The notes beneath the pieces are model-generated. The model was given only the letters and a program-made list of their open reading frames with translations. It was not told where the DNA came from and did no database searches. From positions 1 to 58,485 of the forward strand of contig CAZSIR010000004.1 of assembly GCA_964606765.1 (NCBI GenBank): a stretch of DNA of 58,485 nucleotides, given 5' to 3'. Both the position numbers and the translations under genes were made by a program. Source of the stretch: an uncultured Bordetella sp. (lineage in GTDB: Bacteria; Pseudomonadota; Gammaproteobacteria; Burkholderiales; SG8-41). Below, one piece after another: positions 18,443 to 26,681 of the stretch (position 1 is the stretch's first letter; each line of letters opens with the position of its first letter).

Positions 18443-18884
18443 AACCCGTATTGGCTGTAATGGTGATCTGCCGCGCAGGATCGCCGGCAATGCTGCTGGT
18501 GAAAGTGATGGTGACTGCGCCCGCACTTGGCGAGCCCAGGCCATCAAAGCTGAAGTTCACCGGGGTCAGCGTGACGCCGGCCGGGGCCTGTTCCCTGGCT
18601 TTGCCGCCACTTACGGGATAATCCAGAAGGTTTGGGTCTGCAAGAGGGCATCCAGCCACATTGGCGGCCATGACTTCGTTCGCGGTGACGCAGACATAAA
18701 CCGGGCGCCGCCAGGCAATCGCCGTTTTCTGCGCCAGCCGGATCACCGCCACGGACTTGTCGTAAAAACCGCGCGACTCGAAGGTGCTGGCCTGAAAAAA
18801 ACGCGGCGCAGCAACCGCCGAAATAATCGCCAGTATGCCAATCGTAACCACCAGTTCGACCAGCGTGAATCCCGCGGCTTTCAT
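18426..18884 (-). CDS. mshC: MSHA minor pilin MshC
   Basis: ORF 18426..18962 trimmed to MKAAG/FTLVELVVTIGILAI. A GGAG Shine-Dalgarno lies 6-9 nt upstream. Confidence 0.75.
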   Translation of the reverse strand: MKAAGFTLVELVVTIGILAIISAVAAPRFFQASTFESRGFYDKSVAVIRLAQKTAIAWRRPVYVCVTANEVMAANVAGCPLADPNLLDYPVSGGKAREQAPAGVTLTPVNFSFDGLGSPSAGAVTITFTSSIAGDPARQITITANTGYVAAN

Positions 18885-18900
18885 GGCGACTCCGTATTCG

Positions 18901-18937
18901 AAAAAACGGGGGTGCGCAGCAACGTACGCTCCCCCGC
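18901..18937 (-). terminator. rho-independent terminator/attenuator between mshA (distal copy) and mshC
   Basis: The minus strand reads GCGGGGGAGCGTACGTTGCTGCGCACCCCCGTTTTTT. The stem is CGGGGG-A-GCG / CGC-A-CCCCCG and is followed by a T6 run. It lies 46 nt after the mshA stop and 17 nt before the mshC start. Confidence 0.7.
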
Positions 18938-18982
18938 TTTCAGGCAACCTGATCAACCTCAATCAGGCATGGGCTTAAACGA

Positions 18983-19378
18983 TCAGCAGCCGCCGCCCTT
19001 GGTGGCATACGGCGAAGTGGTGGCATAGGTCACCGTGCAGCCCGTCGCAGCCGTCATCGTGAAGGTCGGCGCGGCATAGGTGAAACCGCTGGTGGTGGAC
19101 AGGGCCGAAGTGATGCCAGCCGTGGTCGGAATGCCGCTGGCTGAGGCCACTGAAGTGCCGCCCATGTTGCAAGTGGCGCCCGAGCTGCCGGCTGCAACCC
19201 AGGAAGCCTGGCACAGGGCAACCGCACCGTTGATGGCGCCGACCAGTCCGTCTGCCGCAGCAGAACGTGCGTTGGAGCTCACATCAATAAACCGGGGAAT
19301 GGCCGTCGCCGCCAGTATGCCCAGAATGGCGATGACGACGATCAGTTCAACCAGGGTAAAGCCGCGTTGCTGTTTCAT
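18983..19378 (-). CDS. mshA: MSHA major pilin MshA, copy 1 (131 aa, 6-aa leader)
   Basis: ORF 18983..19708 trimmed to [36 protein letters not shown] lies 7 nt upstream. Two Cys pairs, including the C-terminal CTVTY...GGGC loop. It has its own sigma54 promoter and a downstream terminator. Confidence 0.85.
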   Translation of the reverse strand: MKQQRGFTLVELIVVIAILGILAATAIPRFIDVSSNARSAAADGLVGAINGAVALCQASWVAAGSSGATCNMGGTSVASASGIPTTAGITSALSTTSGFTYAAPTFTMTAATGCTVTYATTSPYATKGGGC

Positions 19379-19443
19379 TTTGTTCTCCTTAACTTTCAGT
19401 TTTGAATCCAGTTTCGAAAATTTTCTTGCTTCACTTTTTTGAA

Positions 19444-19459
19444 TGCAAACCTTGTGCCA
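19444..19459 (-). promoter_or_regulatory. sigma54 (-24/-12) promoter of mshA copy 1
   Basis: The minus strand reads TGGCAC-AAGGT-TTGCA (19459-19444), a perfect match to TGGCAC-N5-TTGCW. It lies 66 nt upstream of the mshA ATG. Confidence 0.75.
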
Positions 19460-19476
19460 GGTATCGAGCCAGGGTT

Positions 19477-19917
19477 TCAACAACCTCCGCCCTTGGTGGC
19501 ATAGGGAGAAGTGGTGGCATAGGTCACCGTGCAGCCCGTCGCAGCCGTCATCGTGAACGTCGGAGCCGCGTAGGTGAAACCGCTGGTGGTGGACAGGGCC
19601 GAGGTGATGCCGGCCGTCGTCGGGATGCCGCTGGCTGAGGCGACCGCAGTGCCGCTCATGTTGCAAGTGGCGCCCGAACTGCCGGCGGCAACCCAGGCGG
19701 CCTGACACAGTGCAACCGCGCCATTGATGGCGCCAACCAGTCCGTCTGCCGCCGCAGAACGCGCATTCGAACTCACATTGATGAACCTTGGAATCGCCGT
19801 CGCCGCCAGTATGCCCAGGATCGCGATCACGACGATCAATTCCACCAGGGTAAAACCGCTTTGCCGCCCGACCGCGGATTCCTTGCCGACCTGCATCAAA
19901 ATCTTTTCAGACATCAT
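19477..19917 (-). CDS. mshA: MSHA major pilin MshA, copy 2 (146 aa, 21-aa leader)
   Basis: ORF 19477..20031 trimmed to [51 protein letters not shown] lies 9 nt upstream of the ATG at 19917. An alternative start is MQVGK at 19896. Confidence 0.8.
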   Translation of the reverse strand: MMSEKILMQVGKESAVGRQSGFTLVELIVVIAILGILAATAIPRFINVSSNARSAAADGLVGAINGAVALCQAAWVAAGSSGATCNMSGTAVASASGIPTTAGITSALSTTSGFTYAAPTFTMTAATGCTVTYATTSPYATKGGGC

Positions 19918-19952
19918 GTCACTCCACTCCTTGCGTGGCTCCTCAACAAATC

Positions 19953-20432
19953 TCAGCAACCGGAAGTCACCAGCGCACTGAAGGTCGGCGCCTGGTTTGC
20001 TGCGTTGGGCGCCGTATAGGTAAAACTGCAATTCACCGGATCGTTGCCCAGTACCATCATGCGTAATGTGGCGCCTGCGGCGGGGCCGCCCAGCTGGGTG
20101 TTATAACCATCGTCGGACGTCGGCCCGGCATTGATACCGGCAGCGGTCACGATGCCTGCGGCATCGGCCGTCGGATAGGCATTGATCATGGTCACATTGA
20201 CGCCTTCCATCAGCAGGGTCGTCGTGCATTGCGGCACAGTGGCCAGACAGGCCGCATGCGCAAGAGCCGAGGCGCCCTTCATGGCCCCCAGCGCGCCATT
20301 CAGCTTGGCCACGCGTGCCTGCACCTGCAGGTTGGCAAAACGCGGCAGCGCCGTCGCGGCCAGAATCGCCAGAATGATGATGACCACGATCAATTCGATC
20401 AGGGTGAAGCCGCTTTGCTGACTTTTGTTCAT
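19953..20432 (-). CDS. mshB: MSHA-type pilin in the MshB position (159 aa)
   Basis: ORF 19953..20519 trimmed to [32 protein letters not shown]. It has C-terminal Cys pairs and sits directly upstream of the mshA genes. Confidence 0.7.
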   Translation of the reverse strand: MNKSQQSGFTLIELIVVIIILAILAATALPRFANLQVQARVAKLNGALGAMKGASALAHAACLATVPQCTTTLLMEGVNVTMINAYPTADAAGIVTAAGINAGPTSDDGYNTQLGGPAAGATLRMMVLGNDPVNCSFTYTAPNAANQAPTFSALVTSGC

Positions 20433-20476
20433 GTGATTTTTCTCACGGATTACTCTGTCCATCTCATTGATATTAC

Positions 20477-20492
20477 AGCAAAAGTGATGCCA
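20477..20492 (-). promoter_or_regulatory. sigma54 (-24/-12) promoter of mshB-mshA
   Basis: The minus strand reads TGGCAT-CACTT-TTGCT (20492-20477), in the mshF-mshB gap 45 nt upstream of the mshB ATG. Confidence 0.65.
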
Positions 20493-20509
20493 GGTTAACC
20501 CTTGCATCC

Positions 20510-21013
20510 TCATGTCCACTGATAGGCCAGGGTCGGCAGGATGGAAACACCGCCGATTCCGCGTATTTCACGCCCGTTCACCGGTATCGCCTGGTAGGTG
20601 ATTTTCACTCTAAAGCGCAGTTGTTTCATGCTGTTACGCGACTCCGTCACCAGACCGCGACTCAAATTCGCCACATACACCAGTTCTCTTGTCGCGACAT
20701 CGAAGTACCAGGCGCCGGGCTCGGGCTGCTGCGGGTACTCGCCGCTGTAATTTGTCGGTTTTTCCGACAGCCACAGTGTCGGATTCTCGACTTCCAGCAC
20801 TTTTGCTTCGCCTTCCCGGCGCTCCAGAATCAGGTTCGCCAGGCGGATCTGCAGCGCCGTTTTGAAGACGCTCAGCGTCTCTTCAAATTTAGCCCGTTCC
20901 GCCGCTTCCTGGTAAAACGTCAGGCGGTTCAGGAATATTCCCAGCAGCAGGGAAAGGATCACCGCCACCACGGCCAGTTCCAGCAGCGAAAAGCCCCTTT
21001 GCAGTCGCTTCAT
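20510..21013 (-). CDS. mshF: MSHA biogenesis protein MshF (prepilin-like N-terminus)
   Basis: 167 aa starting MKRLQRG/FSLLELAVVAVILSLL. Position between mshG and mshB. Confidence 0.7.
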   Translation of the reverse strand: MKRLQRGFSLLELAVVAVILSLLLGIFLNRLTFYQEAAERAKFEETLSVFKTALQIRLANLILERREGEAKVLEVENPTLWLSEKPTNYSGEYPQQPEPGAWYFDVATRELVYVANLSRGLVTESRNSMKQLRFRVKITYQAIPVNGREIRGIGGVSILPTLAYQWT

Positions 21014-21018
21014 GCCGT

Positions 21019-22248
21019 TTACTTTTTGGCCGTCGCCGCGGTTCCCAGGTCCCAGATCGGCAGAAACACGCCCAGCGCCAGTATCAGCACCAGCACCCCC
21101 AGCATGATGATCAGGATCGGTTCGATCTGCGAACTGAGGTTTTTCAGGTCGTATTCAACCTCACGCTGGTACATGTCGGCGATTTCACCGGTCAGGTCAT
21201 CCAGTGCGCCCGATTCCTCGCCGACCGCGATCATCTGCAGCACCACCGGCGTGAACACGCCGGCATCGCGCGCCGTGCGCAGTATCGACTCGCCGCGCTC
21301 CACGCCTTCGCGCATGCGCACGATACGTTGGCTGATATGGCCGTTGTCCACGGTGTTGGCCACCATGCCGAGGCTGGTGGTCACCGGCACGCCGCTGCGG
21401 AAGGCCAGCGAAAAACTGCGCGCGAAGCGCGCCAGCGTCGCCTTCTGGATGATCTGTCCGGCAATCGGGATGCGCAGTTTCATGCGATCCCATTGCAGCC
21501 CGCCGGCGGCCGTTCTTGTCCAGGCGCGAAAAGCGAAAATGGCCGCAACCAGCGCGGCCAGCATGTAATACCAGTAATCCACCATGAAGTTGGAAAAACT
21601 GATCAACGCCCGGGTTATCAGCGGCAGCTGGGCATTCATGCCCGCATAAACCTTGGCAAAGGCCGGAATGACGAAAATATTGATGATGACAATCGCGATC
21701 GACATGGTGATGATCACGAACAGCGGATACCTGATCGCGGTTTTCACCTGTTCGCGCATGAATTTTTCGAATTCAATGTGATGGAACAGGCGCAGGAACA
21801 CTTCTTCCATGCGTCCGGTCTGTTCACCCACGCTGACCATGGCGGTGTAAAACTGGTTGAACACTTCCGGATGGCGCGCCAGCGAAAGGGAGAGTTCGCG
21901 TCCCGAATCCAGGCTTTCCCGCAGGTCGCGCACGACTTCGGCGAACGCCGGATTCACCGATGAATCCTCCAGCCCTTTCAGCGCACCCATGATCGGCACA
22001 CCGGCCTTGAGCAGCGTGTACAGCTGCCGGCTGAAGAGCAATATTTCCGTCGTCTCGATTTTTTTCCTGCCCAGGCCCAGGCTGAGTCCGGACTCTTCGG
22101 CTGCGGGCGCCGCGGAAGGCTTGATTTCAAGCGGCACCACCCCCAGCCCAAACAACTGCCCGGCGACCGCGCCGCTGTCCGCGCCCTCCAGCACGCCCTG
22201 CACCGGCTCGCCGCGTCCGTTGCGTCCCTTGTAGGCAAAAAACGGCAT
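21019..22248 (-). CDS. mshG: MSHA platform protein MshG (GspF/PilC family)
   Basis: ORF 21019..22332 trimmed to MPFFAYKGRNGRGEPVQGVLE. Two GspF-type repeats with three TM segments. The start lies 7 nt after the mshE stop. Confidence 0.85.
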   Translation of the reverse strand: MPFFAYKGRNGRGEPVQGVLEGADSGAVAGQLFGLGVVPLEIKPSAAPAAEESGLSLGLGRKKIETTEILLFSRQLYTLLKAGVPIMGALKGLEDSSVNPAFAEVVRDLRESLDSGRELSLSLARHPEVFNQFYTAMVSVGEQTGRMEEVFLRLFHHIEFEKFMREQVKTAIRYPLFVIITMSIAIVIINIFVIPAFAKVYAGMNAQLPLITRALISFSNFMVDYWYYMLAALVAAIFAFRAWTRTAAGGLQWDRMKLRIPIAGQIIQKATLARFARSFSLAFRSGVPVTTSLGMVANTVDNGHISQRIVRMREGVERGESILRTARDAGVFTPVVLQMIAVGEESGALDDLTGEIADMYQREVEYDLKNLSSQIEPILIIMLGVLVLILALGVFLPIWDLGTAATAKK

Positions 22249-22255
22249 CCGGCGC

Positions 22256-23962
22256 TTACTCCGCGAGCTGGCTGCTGACGCGCATGGCTTCTTCCGGAGA
22301 AGTCCTGCCCGCCGCCGCCAGCTGTGCCGCATGATGGCGCAGCGTGTGTTTGCCCAGCTGCTGGCGCGCGACCCGGATGAACTCCTGCACGTTTTCCTGG
22401 TTCGCGGCCTCCACCACGGGCTTGGTCATTTCCAGCATTTCATAGACCCCCGTGCGGCCGACATAGCCGGTGCCATTGCAATAGGAGCAGCCCTTGCCGT
22501 GCTTGTAGGCATGGCCGTCGACCTCGGCGCCCAGCTCGCTGCGCAGGAATTCATGCTCCGTCGGCAGGGGCTGGTAATCCTCGATGCAGCTGTCACAGAT
22601 GACCCGCACCAGGCGCTGGGCAATCACCAGCTGCAGGGACAGGGCCACCATGTAGCGCGGCGCGCCCATGTCGAGCAGGCGCACCGGCGTGCTGGAAGCA
22701 TCATTGGTATGCAGCGTCGAAAACACCATGTGGCCGGTCATCGAAGCGCGCAAGCCGGTCTCCACCGTATTCTCGTCGCGCATCTCGCCGACCAGCACCA
22801 CATCCGGGTCCTGGCGCAGGGCGGCGCGCAAAACGCGGTCGAAAGTCAGTTCGATTTTTTCGTTGATCTGCACCTGGTTGATGCCGGGCAGGCGGTATTC
22901 CACCGGGTCCTCGACGGTGATGATCTTGCGCTCTTCGGTGTTCAGTTCGTTCAGCGCGGCATACAGCGTCGTGGTCTTGCCGCTGCCGGTCGGCCCGGTG
23001 ACCAGCACCATGCCGCTGGGACGGTGGATGACCTCGCGCACCTTGGCCAGCATTTCAGCGGGGATGCCGATGTTGTCTAGGCCGAGTATGCCGCTGCCCT
23101 GGTTCAGCAGACGCATCACCACCGACTCACCGTACTGCGTGGGCATGGTCGAAATCCGCACGTCCACCGCGGCGTTGCGGATTTTCACCGCAAAACGTCC
23201 GTCCTGCGGCATGCGTTTCTCGGAAATATCCAGCCCCGACATCAGCTTGAGCCGCAGCACCACTGCCGAGGCAATCTTGGAATCCGTTTCCGTCTGCAGA
23301 TGCAGCACGCCGTCAATGCGGAAGCGGATCTGCAGCTTTTTTTCCTGTGGTTCGATATGGACGTCGGAGGCCCGCGCCTGGGTCGCGTCCTCGAATACGG
23401 TCTGCAGCAGCTTGACGACGGGCGCTTCTTCGGCGCCCGGCGAAGTCGTCAGGGCGCCAAAATCGGCCACCACGGCATCGCCCATGTCGGCACCCAGCTC
23501 CTGGGCGAGGCCGGTGATCTGCTCGGTGCGCCGGTAACTGCGGTCGATTGCGCGCAGCAACTCGCCTTCGGTGACCACGGCAAGTTCGATTTCCCGTTTC
23601 AGCAGCCGCGTGATCTCGTCATAGGCGTTGAGATCCGTCGGATCAGCCATGGCCACGGTATAGGTCTGACCCTTGTCTTCCAGCACAATGGCGCGGAAGC
23701 GGCGGGCCTGGGTCTCCGGCAATCTGGCGACCACGTCGCGCTTGAAGTTGTAGTGCTTGAGGTCGATATAGGCGGCGCCGAGCTGGCGGGCCAGCGCCTT
23801 CGAAATCTGCTCCTCGGTGATGATTTTTTTCTCGATCAGCACATTGCCGAGACGGCGCCCGGTCTTTTTCTGCTCATCGAGACAGGCCTTCAATTGCTCT
23901 TCGCTCAGCAGTTTTTGCTGGACCAGCATGTCGCCGAGGCGGATTTTTTCAGGACGGGCCAT
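22256..23962 (-). CDS. mshE: MSHA pilus extension ATPase MshE (GspE family with N-terminal MshEN-type domain)
   Basis: 568 aa. Walker A GPTGSGKTTT. Tetracysteine motif CDSC...CSYCNGTG. Two N-terminal RLGxxLh..hh....L...L..Q motifs. Confidence 0.9.
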   Translation of the reverse strand: MARPEKIRLGDMLVQQKLLSEEQLKACLDEQKKTGRRLGNVLIEKKIITEEQISKALARQLGAAYIDLKHYNFKRDVVARLPETQARRFRAIVLEDKGQTYTVAMADPTDLNAYDEITRLLKREIELAVVTEGELLRAIDRSYRRTEQITGLAQELGADMGDAVVADFGALTTSPGAEEAPVVKLLQTVFEDATQARASDVHIEPQEKKLQIRFRIDGVLHLQTETDSKIASAVVLRLKLMSGLDISEKRMPQDGRFAVKIRNAAVDVRISTMPTQYGESVVMRLLNQGSGILGLDNIGIPAEMLAKVREVIHRPSGMVLVTGPTGSGKTTTLYAALNELNTEERKIITVEDPVEYRLPGINQVQINEKIELTFDRVLRAALRQDPDVVLVGEMRDENTVETGLRASMTGHMVFSTLHTNDASSTPVRLLDMGAPRYMVALSLQLVIAQRLVRVICDSCIEDYQPLPTEHEFLRSELGAEVDGHAYKHGKGCSYCNGTGYVGRTGVYEMLEMTKPVVEAANQENVQEFIRVARQQLGKHTLRHHAAQLAAAGRTSPEEAMRVSSQLAE

Positions 23963-24072
23963 TCAGTTTTCGCTCAAAATGGGAATGAAAACGGGGAAAA
24001 CAGGAAACAGACGGCAAACAAGCAGGAAACACCGATAAAACACGGCCCTTGCCTGCAAGACCACTGGTTCCA

Positions 24073-24088
24073 TGCAATCCCTGTGCCA
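24073..24088 (-). promoter_or_regulatory. sigma54 (-24/-12) promoter of the mshE operon
   Basis: The minus strand reads TGGCAC-AGGGA-TTGCA (24088-24073), a perfect consensus 111 nt upstream of the mshE ATG. It is followed by a pyrimidine-rich leader. Confidence 0.7.
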
Positions 24089-24198
24089 TCAATTGACGCC
24101 GGACCTGCCGTCACGCGTATTACGCATGTTATTGATAATTAAGGATATCCTGTTAGGCCCCGGATGACAACCCGCCCACGCCCCGGCAACGGTGTCTG

Positions 24199-24663
24199 AT
24201 GTTCGACATCGTTCTCTACGAACCTGAAATCGCGCCCAACACCGGCAATGTGCTGCGGCTGGCCGCCAACACCGGTGCACGGCTGCATCTGGTGCGCCCG
24301 CTGGGCTACACGCTTAATGACAGGACCCTGGCGCGGGCAGGACTGGATTATGCGGAGCGAACCACGCTGACCCTGCATGACGACTGGGCCCGTTGCTGCG
24401 GCCATTTCCGGCAGCGAAGGATGTTCGCCATCAGCACCCGCGGCAGCACCCGTTACGACGCCCCGCGGTTCATGCCCGATGACGTCCTGGTGTTTGGCCC
24501 GGAAACCCGTGGCTTGCCCGGGACAGTGCTGGAGACATTTCCCGAAAGCCATCGTCTGCGCCTGCCGATGCGCGCCGGCAATCGCAGCCTTAACCTGTCC
24601 AATGCCGTCGCCGTCGTGGTTTACGAAGCCTGGCGCCAGTGCGGATTCAGCAACGGCGTTTAG
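24199..24663 (+). CDS. trmL: tRNA (cytidine/uridine-34 2'-O)-methyltransferase TrmL (SpoU family)
   Basis: 154 aa starting MFDIVLYEPEIAPNTGNVLRLAANTGARLHLV. C-terminal knot motif RSLNLSNAVAVVVYEA. Confidence 0.85.
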   Translation: MFDIVLYEPEIAPNTGNVLRLAANTGARLHLVRPLGYTLNDRTLARAGLDYAERTTLTLHDDWARCCGHFRQRRMFAISTRGSTRYDAPRFMPDDVLVFGPETRGLPGTVLETFPESHRLRLPMRAGNRSLNLSNAVAVVVYEAWRQCGFSNGV

Positions 24664-24678
24664 AGATTCGGACGGATT

Positions 24679-25686
24679 TCAGCGGCCGTGCCGCGATGGC
24701 CCTGCATGCTCGGGTTTGGCGTCGCGCGCAAGCAATTCACGGACCACATCCGCCGCGCTGCGCGGCTGTTCCAGCACCCTGCACACGGCGTCGGTAATCG
24801 GCATGTCGATACCGCGGTCGCGGGCGCGGCGGCTGACCTCGCCCGCGGTGAATACGCCTTCAGCCACGTGGCCGAGGCCGGATTGCGTTGCCGCCGCATC
24901 TTCGCCGCGCGCCAGCGCCAGGCCGACCCGGCGGTTGCGTGACAGGTCACCCGTGCAGGTCAGCAGCAGGTCGCCCACACCGGAAAGCCCCATGAAGGTC
25001 TCCGGACGCCCGCCGAGGGCCACACCGAAACGCGTCATTTCCGCGAGGCCGCGGGTGATCAGTGCTGCGCGCGCATTGAGCCCGAGGCCCAGACCGTCAC
25101 ACACGCCGGCTGCAATGGCAATCACGTTCTTCACCGCTCCGCCAACCTCGACCCCGATCACATCATCATGCGAATACACGCGCAGCGCCGGTCCATGCAG
25201 TGCCTGGGCCGCGGCTGCCGCCATGGCGGAATCCGCCGCTGCCAGCGTCAGCGCCGCGGGCAGACCGGCCGCCACCTCCTGGGCAAAACTGGGACCGGAC
25301 AAAACGGCGCCGCCCGCCATGCCCGACTCTTCGGCAAAAACCTCATGCGGCAAACGCGCTTTCGGGCGCTCGAATCCCTTGCACAGCCAGATCACGGGCG
25401 CAGTACAGCGCAGCTCGCGCACCGCGCGTAATGTACTGCGCAATCCGGCCACCGTGACGGCAATGATCAGATAACGGCTCCCACGGATGGCGCGCTCAAG
25501 GTCGGCCTCGATTTGCAGTCCTGGCGGAAATGCGCAGCCGGGCAGGTAACGCTGATTGCTGCGGCCGGAACGCATGGCCTCCACCAGCGCGGCATTGCGC
25601 GCCCAGAGCGTCACGGCATGACGCGAAGCCAGATTGATGCCGAGGGCGGTGCCCCAGGCGCCGGCGCCAAGTACGGTGATGTTCAT
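24679..25686 (-). CDS. gpsA: NAD(P)H-dependent glycerol-3-phosphate dehydrogenase
   Basis: ORF 24679..25713 trimmed to MNITVLGAGAWGTALG (Rossmann GxGxxG motif). Confidence 0.9.
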   Translation of the reverse strand: MNITVLGAGAWGTALGINLASRHAVTLWARNAALVEAMRSGRSNQRYLPGCAFPPGLQIEADLERAIRGSRYLIIAVTVAGLRSTLRAVRELRCTAPVIWLCKGFERPKARLPHEVFAEESGMAGGAVLSGPSFAQEVAAGLPAALTLAAADSAMAAAAAQALHGPALRVYSHDDVIGVEVGGAVKNVIAIAAGVCDGLGLGLNARAALITRGLAEMTRFGVALGGRPETFMGLSGVGDLLLTCTGDLSRNRRVGLALARGEDAAATQSGLGHVAEGVFTAGEVSRRARDRGIDMPITDAVCRVLEQPRSAADVVRELLARDAKPEHAGPSRHGR

Positions 25687-25728
25687 CTTCGGCGGCTCGG
25701 CAGTGAACGTCAAAAGCAGCGGTAGCGG

Positions 25729-26175
25729 TCAACCGCCCCAGACATCGCTTGCGCGCACATAACCCGTGACGCCATCACGATGCCTGACGTGGATCCAGCC
25801 GGCGCTGCCGCCTTCCACCACCTCCAGCAGCAGGTCGCGCTGGGCCTCAAAGGCCGCCGGCGCATCATCAGCCGGTTTCTGCCTTACGGTGGCCACCGTC
25901 TTCAGCAGCACGCTGCGCGCGTTGTCCAGCGACTTTGATTCCGCCCAGCTCAGTGTTCCCGCGGCATCACGGACCTTCACCCAGCCCTCGACCTGCACCA
26001 CCACTTCGAGCGGATACCCGCGGTTGACGATGAACAGCTTGCGCCCCTTGACCGAGGGGGCATCGTAGAGCACCACTGCCGCATCGGCTGCCGAGCGGAA
26101 ATCGGCTGCGCCGGCAAGCTGCGCCTGGCCGAGCACCAGCAGCAGCGGGATGGTCAGGGCGCGAAGCACGTTCAT
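25729..26175 (-). CDS. secreted bacterial SH3-domain protein
   Basis: ORF 25729..26250 trimmed to MNVLRALTIPLLLVLGQAQLAGA (signal peptide). Two SH3b-like segments. It occupies the usual position between secB and gpsA. Confidence 0.6.
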   Translation of the reverse strand: MNVLRALTIPLLLVLGQAQLAGAADFRSAADAAVVLYDAPSVKGRKLFIVNRGYPLEVVVQVEGWVKVRDAAGTLSWAESKSLDNARSVLLKTVATVRQKPADDAPAAFEAQRDLLLEVVEGGSAGWIHVRHRDGVTGYVRASDVWGG

Positions 26176-26179
26176 GCGG

Positions 26180-26647
26180 TCAGTTCGGCGCCCCGGCCTT
26201 GGCCGCATGCTCCTGCTGCAACTGGCGCAGGCGCTCCTGATAGGCCGCATCGAAATTCATGTGCTGCAGCAGCACCGGCGGAAAACCCGCGCGCGCCATC
26301 AGTCCGGACACGGCTTCGCGCGCATAGGGCAGCAGGGTGTTGGGGCACAGCACGCCGAGCACCGCGTCCAGTTCCTGCGGCGGCAGGTTGACGATCTGGA
26401 AAATCCCCGCCTGGGCCACTTCGATCAGAAACACCGTTTTTTCCTTGAGTTTGGCCGTCACCGTCACCGTCAGCACGGCTTCGAAAAGCCCGGACTGCTC
26501 AAGGGGGACCGCGCCGTTATGCACGCTGATTTCAATCTGTGGCGTGTCGCGCTCCATGAAAATCTGCGGCGCATTGGGAATTTCCAGCGACATGTCCTTC
26601 AGATAAATCTTCTCGACGCCAAACTGCGGTTGCTGCTGTTCACTCAT
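26180..26647 (-). CDS. secB: protein-export chaperone SecB
   Basis: ORF trimmed to MSEQQQPQFGVEKIYLKDMSLEIPNAP...LCPNTLLPYAREAVS. Confidence 0.9.
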   Translation of the reverse strand: MSEQQQPQFGVEKIYLKDMSLEIPNAPQIFMERDTPQIEISVHNGAVPLEQSGLFEAVLTVTVTAKLKEKTVFLIEVAQAGIFQIVNLPPQELDAVLGVLCPNTLLPYAREAVSGLMARAGFPPVLLQHMNFDAAYQERLRQLQQEHAAKAGAPN

Positions 26648-26681
26648 TGCCGGAATTCCCCGAAACGTTTCTGATATGGAC

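Larger units (their letters stand above)
18983..19917 (-). repeat. tandem duplication of the mshA pilin gene (two units, about 494 bp apart)
   Basis: The mature-pilin coding parts (18983-19360 and 19477-19854) align without gaps. My hand count is about 43 nt differences in ~378 nt, giving 4 aa changes in 125 aa. Confidence 0.9.

Noticed and set aside
18983-20519. Long N-terminal extensions of the three pilin ORFs in the ORF track (241, 184 and 188 aa).
   Set aside because: The extensions read through intergenic DNA and into the 3' end of the upstream pilin in another frame. Internal Met codons preceded by AAGGAG give canonical short leader-G/FTL(V/I)EL prepilins.
1245-23962. The MSHA locus as a horizontally acquired genomic island.
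   Set aside because: There is no integrase, transposase, tRNA or flanking direct repeat in the window. Apart from short AT-rich promoter gaps, composition looks the same as the flanking housekeeping genes by eye. A proper compositional or phylogenetic test was not possible here.
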